From: Rubripirellula sp.
GTDB taxonomy: Bacteria; Planctomycetota; Planctomycetia; Pirellulales; Pirellulaceae
Length of the DNA: 64,000 bases
Direction of reading: 5' to 3'
NCBI GenBank assembly: GCA_965216875.1
Contig: OZ244207.1
Coordinates: 7,744,001 to 7,808,000, forward strand
Part shown: in pieces, positions 49,701-58,852 of the stretch
Layout: each line of letters starts with the position of its first letter
How positions within the stretch are numbered: the first letter of the stretch is position 1
The notes under the pieces: generated by a model
Database searches by the model: none
What the model saw: the letters and a program-made list of their open reading frames with translations, nothing else
What the model was told of the DNA's origin: nothing
Program-made: the position numbers and the translations under genes

Positions 49701-52016
49701 GCGCGAGTCGATTCCTTTCAGGATTCGGTCGGCGGCCGACGCCAGCGATTCGGCGCGGCGGTTGCGTTTTTCGACCAGCTGGACTTTGCGAGATTCGAAG
49801 GCGGCGTACACATCGTCGCGGCGCTGGGCAAGTTCGACGACAAACTCATCAAACTCGGCAAACCTGCCTTCAAGTTCTTCGAGTTGGACCATCACCTTCG
49901 TCAGGTATTCGTCACACTTTTCGGGCGAATCGCAAACGTCAAGGTAGCCGGCCGTTGTCTGTTCAAGCAGTTTCAGTTGCGACGCAAACTCGGCCTTTCC
50001 TTCGACACTGACAAGTTCGCCAACACGCGCCTTTAGCGAACTACGGACTCGGTTCAGTGACGCGTAGACATCGCCGATCGCGTCGATGATTTCGGTTCGT
50101 TTGGTCGCGTCGTCGATTCGAAGGTTGCTGACCGTTTCGGTCAACAGTTCAAGTTGGTCGGCGCCCTCGTCGATTTCTTCTTCGAGTTTCTTCGCGTCGG
50201 CGACGGTCGCCACGTCGGTCACCTGTTGGCCCGCCGCTTCAACACGCTGGACATAGGGATCAAGCGAGCCGGGCGTCAGCAGGAAATCGACGCACCGACG
50301 GCTGACGCGTTCGCTTCGCTCGGAGGTGGCTTTTTCGAGTTCTTCGACGACCGTTTCGTCGACGTAGCGGAGTTCACGTAGACCAATGGCATGTCCACGT
50401 TGCTCGCGAAGTTGGGCAAGCGACGAAACGAAATCGTCGATCGATTCAAAGCGGCTCCGTTCGATCGATTTGATCAATGCGTCGATTGCCGTTTTGACTT
50501 CGCCCGTTCTCGCCTGAGTGTCACGGCGAACGCGGACGACTTTGTCGAACTCTTCGACGGCCGCAGTCGCCGCTTCGCGAATCTTTTGGACCGGCTCGGC
50601 AAGTTTGAGCGTCTCTTTTTTATCGATCCAAAAGTAGCTGTCCAAGATGTCGGACGCTTTCTTGACCAGATCGAGATAGAGTCCTTCGTAGCTATCGTCC
50701 TTGTCGATCAGCTGCAGGATCTCGCTACATTCGGCCATCCCACGCACGATCTCTTTGTTCCCAATCTTGAACAATAGCGAGTCGGTTTGGTTGTCGGGAA
50801 CATAGTTGCCGCTGGTGAATGGTGTCTGCCAAATCTGAATCGCGTGATGTTTCTGCGGATCATCTTGCGCTTTGAAGCAGACCATTTCGCCTTTGTCAAA
50901 AAGCGTTTGGCCATGGCAAACGAGCGGCGTTTCGACCGTTTGCTTGATCAGGTTGTACAGAAGCTGAATGTACGTACCTGATTCGTTGTTGTAGAAGATG
51001 TAGAGGTAATCTTCGCCGTTGGGTGACGCGACCGTGCGTTGGTAACGCATGTCGCTAAGGCCATGATCGAATCGCTTGAATTCGCCCGTTTGCAAGTAGT
51101 AGCCACCTGGGAAAATCAGCCCATGGTCACCAGGCAACATGACGCAGGAGTGTTCAATTTCGTCCAGACGCATCGCCTGTTCGATCTTGCCGTTGAACAC
51201 AAGGTAGCGTGTTGTGTCTTCTTGGTAGGGCTTGATCCTTAGCAGGACAAGATTGCCTACGACCGCGTAGTGAATCTCGGCATCGTCGAGCGTTTGGTCC
51301 GGGTGGTCGACTGGCTCGGCGTAGATGCCTTCGCCCGATTCGGTGTTGTTTTCGACCTTGACGGTCAAGTCGCCGCCGACCGTTTCGACAAAGACTTTGT
51401 CTTCGATCGAGATGTGCGGGTGCTTGCCATAGTGATGTTGATCGCGTGTTGTTCGCGTCCAGCGGAATTCATGTTGCGCCGGGTCGCGGACTTCGTGTTC
51501 ACTGCGGTTGTCGAGGTACTCGATGTGATCAGGCGTGACTCGCCATTTGAAACTCTTAATGTCACGCGAAGTCTTTCCGACTTGAAAGACCATGTGCAAC
51601 ATTGGGCCGCTGCGAAAGAAACGCGAGAATCGCGTGTCTTTGTAAAAACGGTAGAGTTCGTGAAAGTCGCTGTCAAAACGCTCGTCGCCGATCAGCGACA
51701 GGTCGGCTGCATGGAATTGGTGGTCGACAAACCGATAAGCTGAAAAGACGTCCGCGAGTGAGATGTCTGTCTTGAGTCCGAATTGGACGTTGTAACCAAA
51801 GAGAAACTGATCGCCGACAGAGACCAGATCTCGCGGGACACAGTTGTGCTCGGTCGTGACGCGTTCAGTCGATATGAGCGACGTTTCGATGTTGCCGAAA
51901 ACATCGGCCCGTGCATCGTTGAGCTTCGCCAGACGCTCTCGCAAATCCGATGACGCATCGCGCAATCGGTTGCGGAGCACTTCGTAGGTTCCGGCTGCGA
52001 GTTGTGCTTCGGACAT
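46755..52016 (-). CDS. Giant AAA+ ATPase ('DNA repair ATPase'/DUF3686-type)
   Basis: GTYEVLRNRL N-terminus, long coiled coils, Walker A SPPGYGKT, Walker B MLYLDD, MAGNP, LSNRAD. Confidence 0.88.
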   Translation of the reverse strand: MSEAQLAAGTYEVLRNRLRDASSDLRERLAKLNDARADVFGNIETSLISTERVTTEHNCVPRDLVSVGDQFLFGYNVQFGLKTDISLADVFSAYRFVDHQFHAADLSLIGDERFDSDFHELYRFYKDTRFSRFFRSGPMLHMVFQVGKTSRDIKSFKWRVTPDHIEYLDNRSEHEVRDPAQHEFRWTRTTRDQHHYGKHPHISIEDKVFVETVGGDLTVKVENNTESGEGIYAEPVDHPDQTLDDAEIHYAVVGNLVLLRIKPYQEDTTRYLVFNGKIEQAMRLDEIEHSCVMLPGDHGLIFPGGYYLQTGEFKRFDHGLSDMRYQRTVASPNGEDYLYIFYNNESGTYIQLLYNLIKQTVETPLVCHGQTLFDKGEMVCFKAQDDPQKHHAIQIWQTPFTSGNYVPDNQTDSLLFKIGNKEIVRGMAECSEILQLIDKDDSYEGLYLDLVKKASDILDSYFWIDKKETLKLAEPVQKIREAATAAVEEFDKVVRVRRDTQARTGEVKTAIDALIKSIERSRFESIDDFVSSLAQLREQRGHAIGLRELRYVDETVVEELEKATSERSERVSRRCVDFLLTPGSLDPYVQRVEAAGQQVTDVATVADAKKLEEEIDEGADQLELLTETVSNLRIDDATKRTEIIDAIGDVYASLNRVRSSLKARVGELVSVEGKAEFASQLKLLEQTTAGYLDVCDSPEKCDEYLTKVMVQLEELEGRFAEFDEFVVELAQRRDDVYAAFESRKVQLVEKRNRRAESLASAADRILKGIDSRVRKMESTDEIAAYFAGDLMVEKVRDIIESLVELDDAVRVEDLQSRMKTIREDATRQLKDRQDLYEDGGDVIRLGSQRFAVNTQPLDLTTVLRGGELCLHLTGTQFFEPLVNDELIAARDLWNQELVSENSDVYRGEFLAVDLFERLHAEHRSDMPDLAWVQEAMGGRFDEGYAKGVHDRDAFAILTKLLEIDRSIGLLRHNPTTRTASLLWFYKLLDAKNRKAMTDWIGGFAKLAKAYPSARPAEEFRARLTELAEADQQRWGPLFAADTKPQRMAAYLFDELTHAPKKPVVSGKAAALHSEFSDSIPKVDREKLLSSAIKTTESDPVRAFILARNWADAFLATHTKGTDADAPTGVNPQEHLDELAWLVMTGGPSTMNVLDAEVAQSIEGLAGSHGVIQSGSMLVHYHQLLRRVRRYREDVVPRFRSLHETKTRIVDEGREDMRLDEFKPRVLTSFVRNRLLDEVYLPLIGDNLAKQMGSAGEDKRTDRMGLLLLISPPGYGKTTLMEYVANRLGIVFMKINGPAIGHGVTSLDPAEAPNAAAREEIERLNLALEMGDNVMLYLDDIQHTNPELLQKFISLCDATRKIEGVRNGRTRTYDLRGRRVAVVMAGNPYTESGERFQIPDMLSNRADVYNLGEIIGDSADAFEMSYLENCLTSNRVLAPLSTAPPEDARAIIRAAERDSLEGIEMQSNISMDQVRDMFEVTRKLLRVRDVVLRVNRAYIRSAAQADAYRTEPPFKLQGSYRNMNRIAERVAGVMNEQELQSLIVSSYEQDAQTLTTDNEANVLKFKEIMGILSSDEKERWDSIKYAYVESVRMSGMDSEDQAGQLMRQLASMRDGLESIRAVISRAIASSGDGAETRMDERIDSLRHTLSASGSQLAETLQATSRQLEKISEQQALAPPDQKVFVQHKVPRVLADLVKGQFHLMQEWLRPILDESLENGRDLNGLKTQLDAMLESYQKVESAFESNQGDPPNAG

Positions 52017-52168
52017 GACGGGTGACGTGGGAAAGGCGGGTGAGCCGCGAGGCTATCCCCGGGCGGGGACAGCGTCGCACGCATTGGCGGCATTGGAAAC
52101 GCATCAGTGACGCATTGCTTTGCCCGCCCCGATGGTTCCTCGAGGCGGGCGAGCGAGATCGTCGGTCA

Positions 52169-54304
52169 CTAGGCCTGCTTGCCGTTGGAGACGGCCGGTG
52201 CAGGAGCGGCAAGCAATCGGCTGGCCTTTTGATCGGTCACGTTCGCGGTGCTCGCGACCGAAAGCAGGCTGGTCAATTGGCTTCGCACGTCATCGGTCTT
52301 TGCCAGTCCCATCATTTTTGCGATCAGGGCGGCGATCGACAGGTCTTTGACGCCATCGGTGTCGAGATTGAACTGCTTCATCAAGCCTTGAAGCTGCTCG
52401 CGGAAGTACTCCGCATTCCCGTCAAAGAAAGTGTCTTTGATGTCGGTTGCCACTTTACTGTTGTAGACGAATCGGTCGATCGCCTTGCCGCCCTTGACGG
52501 CTGAGGTGATCTGATCGAAGAACTCGCCGTCGCCACCGACGATGTCGATTCGAGCGGCACGCAGTGCGTCGCCCACCACACCGGCTTGGCTTTCGGCAAT
52601 TCCCTTCTGAGCATCGATCGCTGCGATCTCGACATCCTTTTCTTTCTGCAGGCTGAGCTTGAACTCTTCGTGCTCTTTGCCGACGCTGTCGAGTTGCTTC
52701 ATCGCTTCGGCTTTCTCGGTGATACCGTTCGCTTCGCTCGTGTACTTCTCGCGAGTGACGTTGGCTTCGGCCAATCCCTGCTTTTCGATCGCTTCGGCTT
52801 TGGCTTCGATGCCCTTGGCTTCGGCGGTCATCTGCTTTTGCAGCACGGTCGCTTCGGCAGCCCCTTCCTTCTCCAACGAGACGGCTTTGGCTTCCTGGAC
52901 CTTGGCTTCGGCCAAGCCAGGTGCAGCCTTTTCGGCGGTTTCGGCTTCGGCCAACATCTTCTTGGCGGTCGTTTCTTTTTCGGCGGCGTCTTTCTTCGCT
53001 TCGGCTTCGATGCGAATCTTTTCGGCCAACAGTTCGCTCGCTTCCTTTTCGGCTTGAGCAAGCTTGGTTTGACGAATCAATTCTTCTTGGGCTTTCATCT
53101 CGGCCGCAGTCACTTGGACTTTCTTGGTTCGTTCGGCCAAGGCGATTTCGTGAGTGTCCTTGATGCGTTCTTCTTCTTCGACGACCGCTCGTTCGACGGC
53201 GACACGTTCGCGGATCACTTCTTGAATGTTGCGTTTTTCGACTTCGATCGCTTTTTCTTTCTCGACGTCGGCGACACCTACCACGCGTTGGCGTTCGGTG
53301 CGTTCGAGTTCACGATCACGTTCAACGCGTTCGATTTCGACCGCATCGGTCTTCTCTTTGTTGCGTTGGGCAACCAGGACCTGGCGGGCTTTGTTTTCTT
53401 CGGCGATGCCGATTTCTTCTTCGGTCGAAATGCGAGCACGTTCCGACTCGAGTCGTTGCTCTTCTTCGACTTTCTTGGCAGCAGCTTGTTCGCGAGCACT
53501 CACTTCGGCAATCTCGCGTTTTTGCTTTTCGACTGCTTCGACCCGTTGGCGTTCGAGCGCGAGAATGGTTTCCTGAGCCTCGACGTCTTGCTTCTTGAGC
53601 GTCTTTTCTTTGTCGCGAGTGAACTGGTTCTCTTTGACACGTTCGTTGGCCGTCAGTTCGGTGATCTTTTTGATCCCCTCGGCGTCAAGAATGTTCGAGG
53701 GGCTAAGCAGATCCAGCGGCGTTTGCTCGAGGTAGTCGATCGCGGCGTCATCAAGTTTGTAGCCGTTGAGATCGGTGCCGATCACTTTCAGGATTTCGGC
53801 TTTGAACTTGTCCCGTTGGTCGTAAAGATCAACGAAGTCGAATTGCTTACCAACCGTCTTGAGCGCTTCGGAAAACTTTGCGTCAAACAGCTCGCGTAGC
53901 GTATCGATCTCGCTACAACGACGCGCGCCGATCGATTGGGCAACTTCCTTCATTTCTTTTTCGGAAGCGTCGACGCGGACGAAGAACGCGACTTTGATGT
54001 CGGCGCGAATGTTGTCGCGACAAATCAATCCGGCACTGCCCTGACGGCTGATTTCAAAGCTCTTCAGCGTCAAGTCCATGTACTCGATCCGATGCAACAT
54101 CGGAACGATTAGCATGCCGCAACGTGATTTCACGATGAACCCACCAACACCCGTTTTCACGATCGCTTTGTCAGGTCCAACGACGATGTAGAACTTTTTG
54201 AATGCGGCAAGCACTAGCACAGGCACCGCAAGCACCAAAGCGATTGCGACAATCACTCCGGGGCTCGTTAGGTCAATAAAGGAGAGAGGCATTGCAAGTG
54301 TCAC
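52169..54304 (-). CDS. Flotillin/SPFH family protein (YqiK-like)
   Basis: N-terminal TM, GLICRDNIRADIKVAFFVRV, LEQT, EA-rich coiled coil. Confidence 0.9.
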   Translation of the reverse strand: MTLAMPLSFIDLTSPGVIVAIALVLAVPVLVLAAFKKFYIVVGPDKAIVKTGVGGFIVKSRCGMLIVPMLHRIEYMDLTLKSFEISRQGSAGLICRDNIRADIKVAFFVRVDASEKEMKEVAQSIGARRCSEIDTLRELFDAKFSEALKTVGKQFDFVDLYDQRDKFKAEILKVIGTDLNGYKLDDAAIDYLEQTPLDLLSPSNILDAEGIKKITELTANERVKENQFTRDKEKTLKKQDVEAQETILALERQRVEAVEKQKREIAEVSAREQAAAKKVEEEQRLESERARISTEEEIGIAEENKARQVLVAQRNKEKTDAVEIERVERDRELERTERQRVVGVADVEKEKAIEVEKRNIQEVIRERVAVERAVVEEEERIKDTHEIALAERTKKVQVTAAEMKAQEELIRQTKLAQAEKEASELLAEKIRIEAEAKKDAAEKETTAKKMLAEAETAEKAAPGLAEAKVQEAKAVSLEKEGAAEATVLQKQMTAEAKGIEAKAEAIEKQGLAEANVTREKYTSEANGITEKAEAMKQLDSVGKEHEEFKLSLQKEKDVEIAAIDAQKGIAESQAGVVGDALRAARIDIVGGDGEFFDQITSAVKGGKAIDRFVYNSKVATDIKDTFFDGNAEYFREQLQGLMKQFNLDTDGVKDLSIAALIAKMMGLAKTDDVRSQLTSLLSVASTANVTDQKASRLLAAPAPAVSNGKQA

Positions 54305-55044
54305 GACGGAGTCTCCGGTTGAAGCTGGGTGACTTTGTAAACCCGTTTGTCTTTGTCGTAGCCAATGATGCGAACTTCCGTTCCTTTCGGAATGTTCGCA
54401 CCATCAGTCTGTACGTTCAGAAGTAATGGCGAGGCATCAGTGCGAAACTTCGCTTGCCCGAATTCAGGTGTCGCTTCGTGCGTGCAAATCTCGCACGTTG
54501 CGCCCAAGATGATTCGGTTGGTGTAACTGGGCGGATCGATGAACTGGCCAAGGATCGGTTGCGTGATACCTTTGGTAATGGCAACTGCAATGACCAGATT
54601 GCGAACCGACAACAGCGTGCTGGACAGCCAGCTTGGGCCGTACTGATTGCTGTCGAAGTTATGCCAGAGGTAGTACGACACCATCCAAAAAGCGACGGTG
54701 AAGATCCCCCCCCAAATCACAACTGGCACGCGACCAAAATTGGTTGCGCGAATCGTTAGGCCGGCAATGCCTCCGAACAGATCGCTGCCAACTTCCACCC
54801 CGTCGGCGTGGGCATCGACGCCCATGTCAACGTCGGCGTTGACGCCAGGGTCCATGTCGATGCCAGGATCGAAATCAATACCGGGATCAACGTCGATGTC
54901 GATATCGGGTGCATCGAATCCGAAGTCGGCCAGTCCCATGACGGCGACCAGCGTGTAAACGACCATCAAGCATGCGAGAATCGACGCCGGCCACACGGGA
55001 CCAACGAACATTCGCTCGGCTACTTCTATTACCGTTTGGGACAC
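54301..55044 (-). CDS. YqiJ/NfeD-like membrane protein with C-terminal OB fold
   Basis: TM, acidic DxD linker, G.VP, TMs, FGQA.....LLLNV......KG..V.I. Confidence 0.8.
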   Translation of the reverse strand: MSQTVIEVAERMFVGPVWPASILACLMVVYTLVAVMGLADFGFDAPDIDIDVDPGIDFDPGIDMDPGVNADVDMGVDAHADGVEVGSDLFGGIAGLTIRATNFGRVPVVIWGGIFTVAFWMVSYYLWHNFDSNQYGPSWLSSTLLSVRNLVIAVAITKGITQPILGQFIDPPSYTNRIILGATCEICTHEATPEFGQAKFRTDASPLLLNVQTDGANIPKGTEVRIIGYDKDKRVYKVTQLQPETPS

Positions 55045-55254
55045 CGATCCAATGGCTCAACAAGAGGGCGGGGATGGTTTGGGAAAAGCACAACGTATAA
55101 GCATGGCGAATTTTTCGCCTGATACGGGGCGCTTCCCCACGCCACAAATCCGTTTTTTCTAGAAACCACAACGTGGCCTACCAGAACGTAGCTCACGAAT
55201 GTGTGGTGGGGCGGATTACCCCGAGAGAATTTTGTGTTGCCTGGCTAAAGCGGA

Positions 55255-56427
55255 CTAACTGAGCGCATCGAAGCGGTCGTCCGGATTGCTCGGTTCAGGC
55301 AAATCGGAGGGCAGGTTTCCCCGCTGAATCATCGAATTCAGGTCAAGCACACCCGCAAATTTGCCCTCGCCGTCAACCACGGCAACCTGCCGGCCGCGAT
55401 GGCCCACACGCAACACAACGCTGTCGAGCGCTTCGTCGATATGTACGGGTGTATCCGATTCATTGTGGTTGATCAGTTGGCCTGCGGGCGTCATCGGATC
55501 GATGTTCATCGCGGTCGCTTTCGAAACTTCTTCAAGACGCAACATGCCGATCACTGAGCCTGTGATCGAAAGCACGGGAAGTGCTGTCGCCTTGCTTGTT
55601 TGCCAGCGTCTTGCGACTTCCGAGAGGGGCATGTCCATCGGCAACGCTTCCAATGATCGAATCATTGCCTGCCGCACGGTCAGCCCACGGACCGACTCGG
55701 TCACTTCAACTTGACGAGCTTCGGCCATGCCCGCGAACGCGATGAAAACGGCGATCAAGATGGGGATCGGGTTTGGATTGCCGGTGAAGACGACGAGTGC
55801 GATCATCGAAACGGCACACAGAATTCCGACGCGCGACGCGATCACGGTTGCTTTGCGATAATCGGTGATCATCGCCAAGACGCTTCGAAAGACTCGACCG
55901 CCGTCCATCGGAAAGGCTGGGATCATGTTGAAGATCACCAGCGTGATGTTGACCATCAGCATGTAAAACGCGTACTTCGAAAACGATGGACTAAACATCG
56001 TGTCCGTTTCGACCGCGATTTCAGCTTGCTGCGACACGCCCATAAACAAGTTGATGCCGCCCACGACAACAAAGCCAATGCCAAGCAGCGTGGCGATCAC
56101 AACATTGACCGCTGGTCCAGCAATGGCGACAACAAGTTCTTGCCAAGGAATGCGCGGCATGCGTTGCAGTCGAGCGACACCGCCAATGGGCAGCAGCGTG
56201 ATGTCGATTGTCGGGATGCCAAATTTGCGAGCGGCGAGGGCGTGGCCATACTCGTGCAGCGTGACGCAGAAAAACACGCCAAGCACCATCGTGATCGCAA
56301 AGGCCATCCCGGCAATCCCTTCGTCACTCGCTTGGTAGGCAAAGAAGCCGATCAAGAGTGCAAAGGTCCAATGAACGTAGAGACCGATTCCGAGGAAGGT
56401 GCCGAGTTTGAGTCGTCGATCTAACAT
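55255..56427 (-). CDS. Site-2 protease (M50) with CBS-like domains
   Basis: HEYGH, AGPAVN, FNMIPAFPMDGGR. Confidence 0.92.
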   Translation of the reverse strand: MLDRRLKLGTFLGIGLYVHWTFALLIGFFAYQASDEGIAGMAFAITMVLGVFFCVTLHEYGHALAARKFGIPTIDITLLPIGGVARLQRMPRIPWQELVVAIAGPAVNVVIATLLGIGFVVVGGINLFMGVSQQAEIAVETDTMFSPSFSKYAFYMLMVNITLVIFNMIPAFPMDGGRVFRSVLAMITDYRKATVIASRVGILCAVSMIALVVFTGNPNPIPILIAVFIAFAGMAEARQVEVTESVRGLTVRQAMIRSLEALPMDMPLSEVARRWQTSKATALPVLSITGSVIGMLRLEEVSKATAMNIDPMTPAGQLINHNESDTPVHIDEALDSVVLRVGHRGRQVAVVDGEGKFAGVLDLNSMIQRGNLPSDLPEPSNPDDRFDALS

Positions 56428-56755
56428 GAGTTCCTGAGGATAGGATCAAACGTGGCGACGCGGCGCTCTGCCGAATCACAATCTGCGTGCATTGCTCGTT
56501 GCCGAGAGACTTTGGGCAATCGGCAAGGGGATCAGGCTACGGGAATCCACGGGGATGATTTGCCCGATGCCACCTTCGACTGGTCCAGCCGAGATGCAAC
56601 AATATGCCTCTCGGTCACCGGCGGACAAACGGCGAACGCAACGCTTCCAATCCAATTGACGCTGTGTTTCGCTGCCCGCATCGAGTGTGCCCACCCCTAA
56701 ACTGTATCGAAAAGGTCTCGATCGCACCGCGCCCCTTGTTTTGAGATAGCGTTTT

Positions 56756-57202
56756 ATGCTTCGCCACAAACTGATTCACCCCCAAATCAGTGCCGTTTTG
56801 GCCGCTGCCGGACACCACAGCACCGTTCTGATTGCCGATGGCAACTACCCAGCGGCGAGCAAAAGAGGGCCACGGGCCGATTTGATCAGCCTGAATCTGA
56901 TGCCTGGCGTTCCAACCTGTAATCAGGTGCTCGAAGCTCTGCTGTCGGCCGTTCCCGTCGAAGCGGTCCAAACCATGGAAACCGAGACGAGCGGACCGTA
57001 TGCACTCGATGGCGATCCGCCAGTCTGGGACGACTACCGTCAAACGATCAAAGAGGCCGGACTCGAACTGGAGCTACAGCCAATCGATAAGTGGAAGTTC
57101 TATGAAGCGGTCAGCACGGACGATCACGTGCTAACGATCCAAACCGCCGACCAACAACGCTACGCCAACATCCTGCTGACCGTCGGCGTTCGTATGGACT
57201 AA
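56756..57202 (+). CDS. RbsD/FucU family protein
   Basis: GHHSTVLIADGNYP, FYE, IQT.D...YANILL..GV. Confidence 0.88.
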   Translation: MLRHKLIHPQISAVLAAAGHHSTVLIADGNYPAASKRGPRADLISLNLMPGVPTCNQVLEALLSAVPVEAVQTMETETSGPYALDGDPPVWDDYRQTIKEAGLELELQPIDKWKFYEAVSTDDHVLTIQTADQQRYANILLTVGVRMD

Positions 57203-57420
57203 CCCGGTCATCGGCGAGCGTCTGACACTCTTTTTACGTTTCCGTGAGGATTGCAAATAACTTTGCGCACTCTCGGGCGTGTATCATCGATCCACGATGT
57301 GCGGTTGAGTCGCGGATGGCGGTGAGCTGGATAGACTTGTCTTCCCGCATCAACCCGATCTTCTCTGGCTGGTGATCATTGCGGTCGGCCAAACGTCTCG
57401 ATTACACAAGGAACGATTCA

Positions 57421-57957
57421 ATGCGTCGATTCACGACCTCAATGCTGATCCTTACAACTGTGATCTTCACGGCTTACGCGATTTCCAATGCGCAAGAGGC
57501 GCATTCGCATCATGCCAAAGAGACATCCACGAGCGCGGCAAAGAAATTTAAGATCGTTCCGCTTGTCACTGTGAAGCCAGGAGAGACGAAAGAGCTTCTT
57601 ATGTCGACGTGGTGTACCGTCGGGGCGACACGTGGCGGTGGATTCACTTTGGCACAGATGGTTGACGGCAAACCCCAATTCAACGGTTCGAAACTTGCGG
57701 GCAATCGATCGTACAGCGGCGGCGGTGTCACGATGACCGTTCCTGGCTGGGGTGAAGCCACTAAGTTTGCCAACTCCGCAGAGTTTTCATCGCTCAAGGA
57801 ACGTCACCTTCAAGCGTTCACGGTCTCCATCACTGCTTCGAGTGACGCAAAGCCAGGACTGATGGAAATGCACCTTCTCGACGCCACCTGCAGCGGCGAG
57901 TGCAGCACCGATTTCCGAGTGCTTGTGGTCGGTGAGAAAGGAAAGTCGACGCGATAA
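57421..57957 (+). CDS. Secreted hypothetical protein
   Basis: Signal peptide ending SNA; beta-rich, with C-terminal CSGEC. Confidence 0.7.
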   Translation: MRRFTTSMLILTTVIFTAYAISNAQEAHSHHAKETSTSAAKKFKIVPLVTVKPGETKELLMSTWCTVGATRGGGFTLAQMVDGKPQFNGSKLAGNRSYSGGGVTMTVPGWGEATKFANSAEFSSLKERHLQAFTVSITASSDAKPGLMEMHLLDATCSGECSTDFRVLVVGEKGKSTR

Positions 57958-57973
57958 CCTGGGGCACGGCGCT

Positions 57974-58845
57974 TAGGCCGGAGGCCGACACATTTCTTGC
58001 CGGTGACGTGAGTCACCGGAGTACGAGCGACCCCGGCAATTCTTGATCCGCCCTTAGGCCGGAGGCCGACATATTTGTTGCCGGTGGCGTGAGCCACCGG
58101 AACACGAGCGAAGTAAATTTCAGCCCGAAGGGCGATACATCGGAATTGTGTCGCCCTCCGGGCTTGGACAGTCTTCGTTTTCATGTCCGGGGTCTTACGA
58201 CCCCGGCAGTTCTTGTTCCGCCCTCCGGGCTAGTAGGCCGGAGGCCGACATATTTCTTGCCGGTGGCGTGAGCCATCGGAGTACGAGCGACCCTGGCAAT
58301 TCTTGATCCGCCCTTAGGCCGGAGGCCGACATATTTGTTGCCGGTGACGTGAGTCACCGGAATCCGAGCGAAGCAAAATTTCAGCCCGAAGGGCGATACA
58401 TCGGAATTGTGTCGCCCTCTGGGCTTGGACAGTTTTCGTTTTCGTGTCCGGGGTCTTACGACCCCGGCAGTTCTTGTTCCGCCCTCCGGGCTAGTAGGCC
58501 GGAGGCCGACATATTCTCTTGCCGGTGGCGTGAGCCACCGGAGTACGAGCGACCCCGGCAATTCTTGATCCGCCCTTAGGCCGGAGGCCGACATATTTGT
58601 TGCCGGTGGCGTGAGCCACCGGAATCCGAGCGAAGCAAATTTCAGCCCGAAGGGCGATACATCGGAATTGTGTCGCCCTCCGGGCTCGGCCACTATTCGT
58701 TTTCATGTCCGAGGTCTTACGACCCCGGCAATTCTTGTCGCGCCCTCCGGGCTAGTAGGCCGGAGGCCGACATATTTCTTGCCGGTGGCGTGAGCCAACG
58801 GAGTACGAGCGACCCAGGCAGTTCTTGTTCCGCCCTCCGGGCTAG
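57974..58845. repeat. Tandem array of ~260-bp composite REP units (3 full + 1 partial)
   Basis: Units begin TAGGCCGGAGGCCGAC at 57974, 58234, 58495 and 58756; each holds several palindromes. Confidence 0.92.
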
Positions 58846-58852
58846 AGGAGGC

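Noticed and set aside
58181..58693. ORFs inside the repeat array
   Set aside because: Translations merely mirror the DNA repeats; no protein-like signal.
57974..58845. CRISPR array
   Set aside because: The intervening sequences are themselves repeated rather than unique spacers, the period is ~260 bp, and no cas genes are present.
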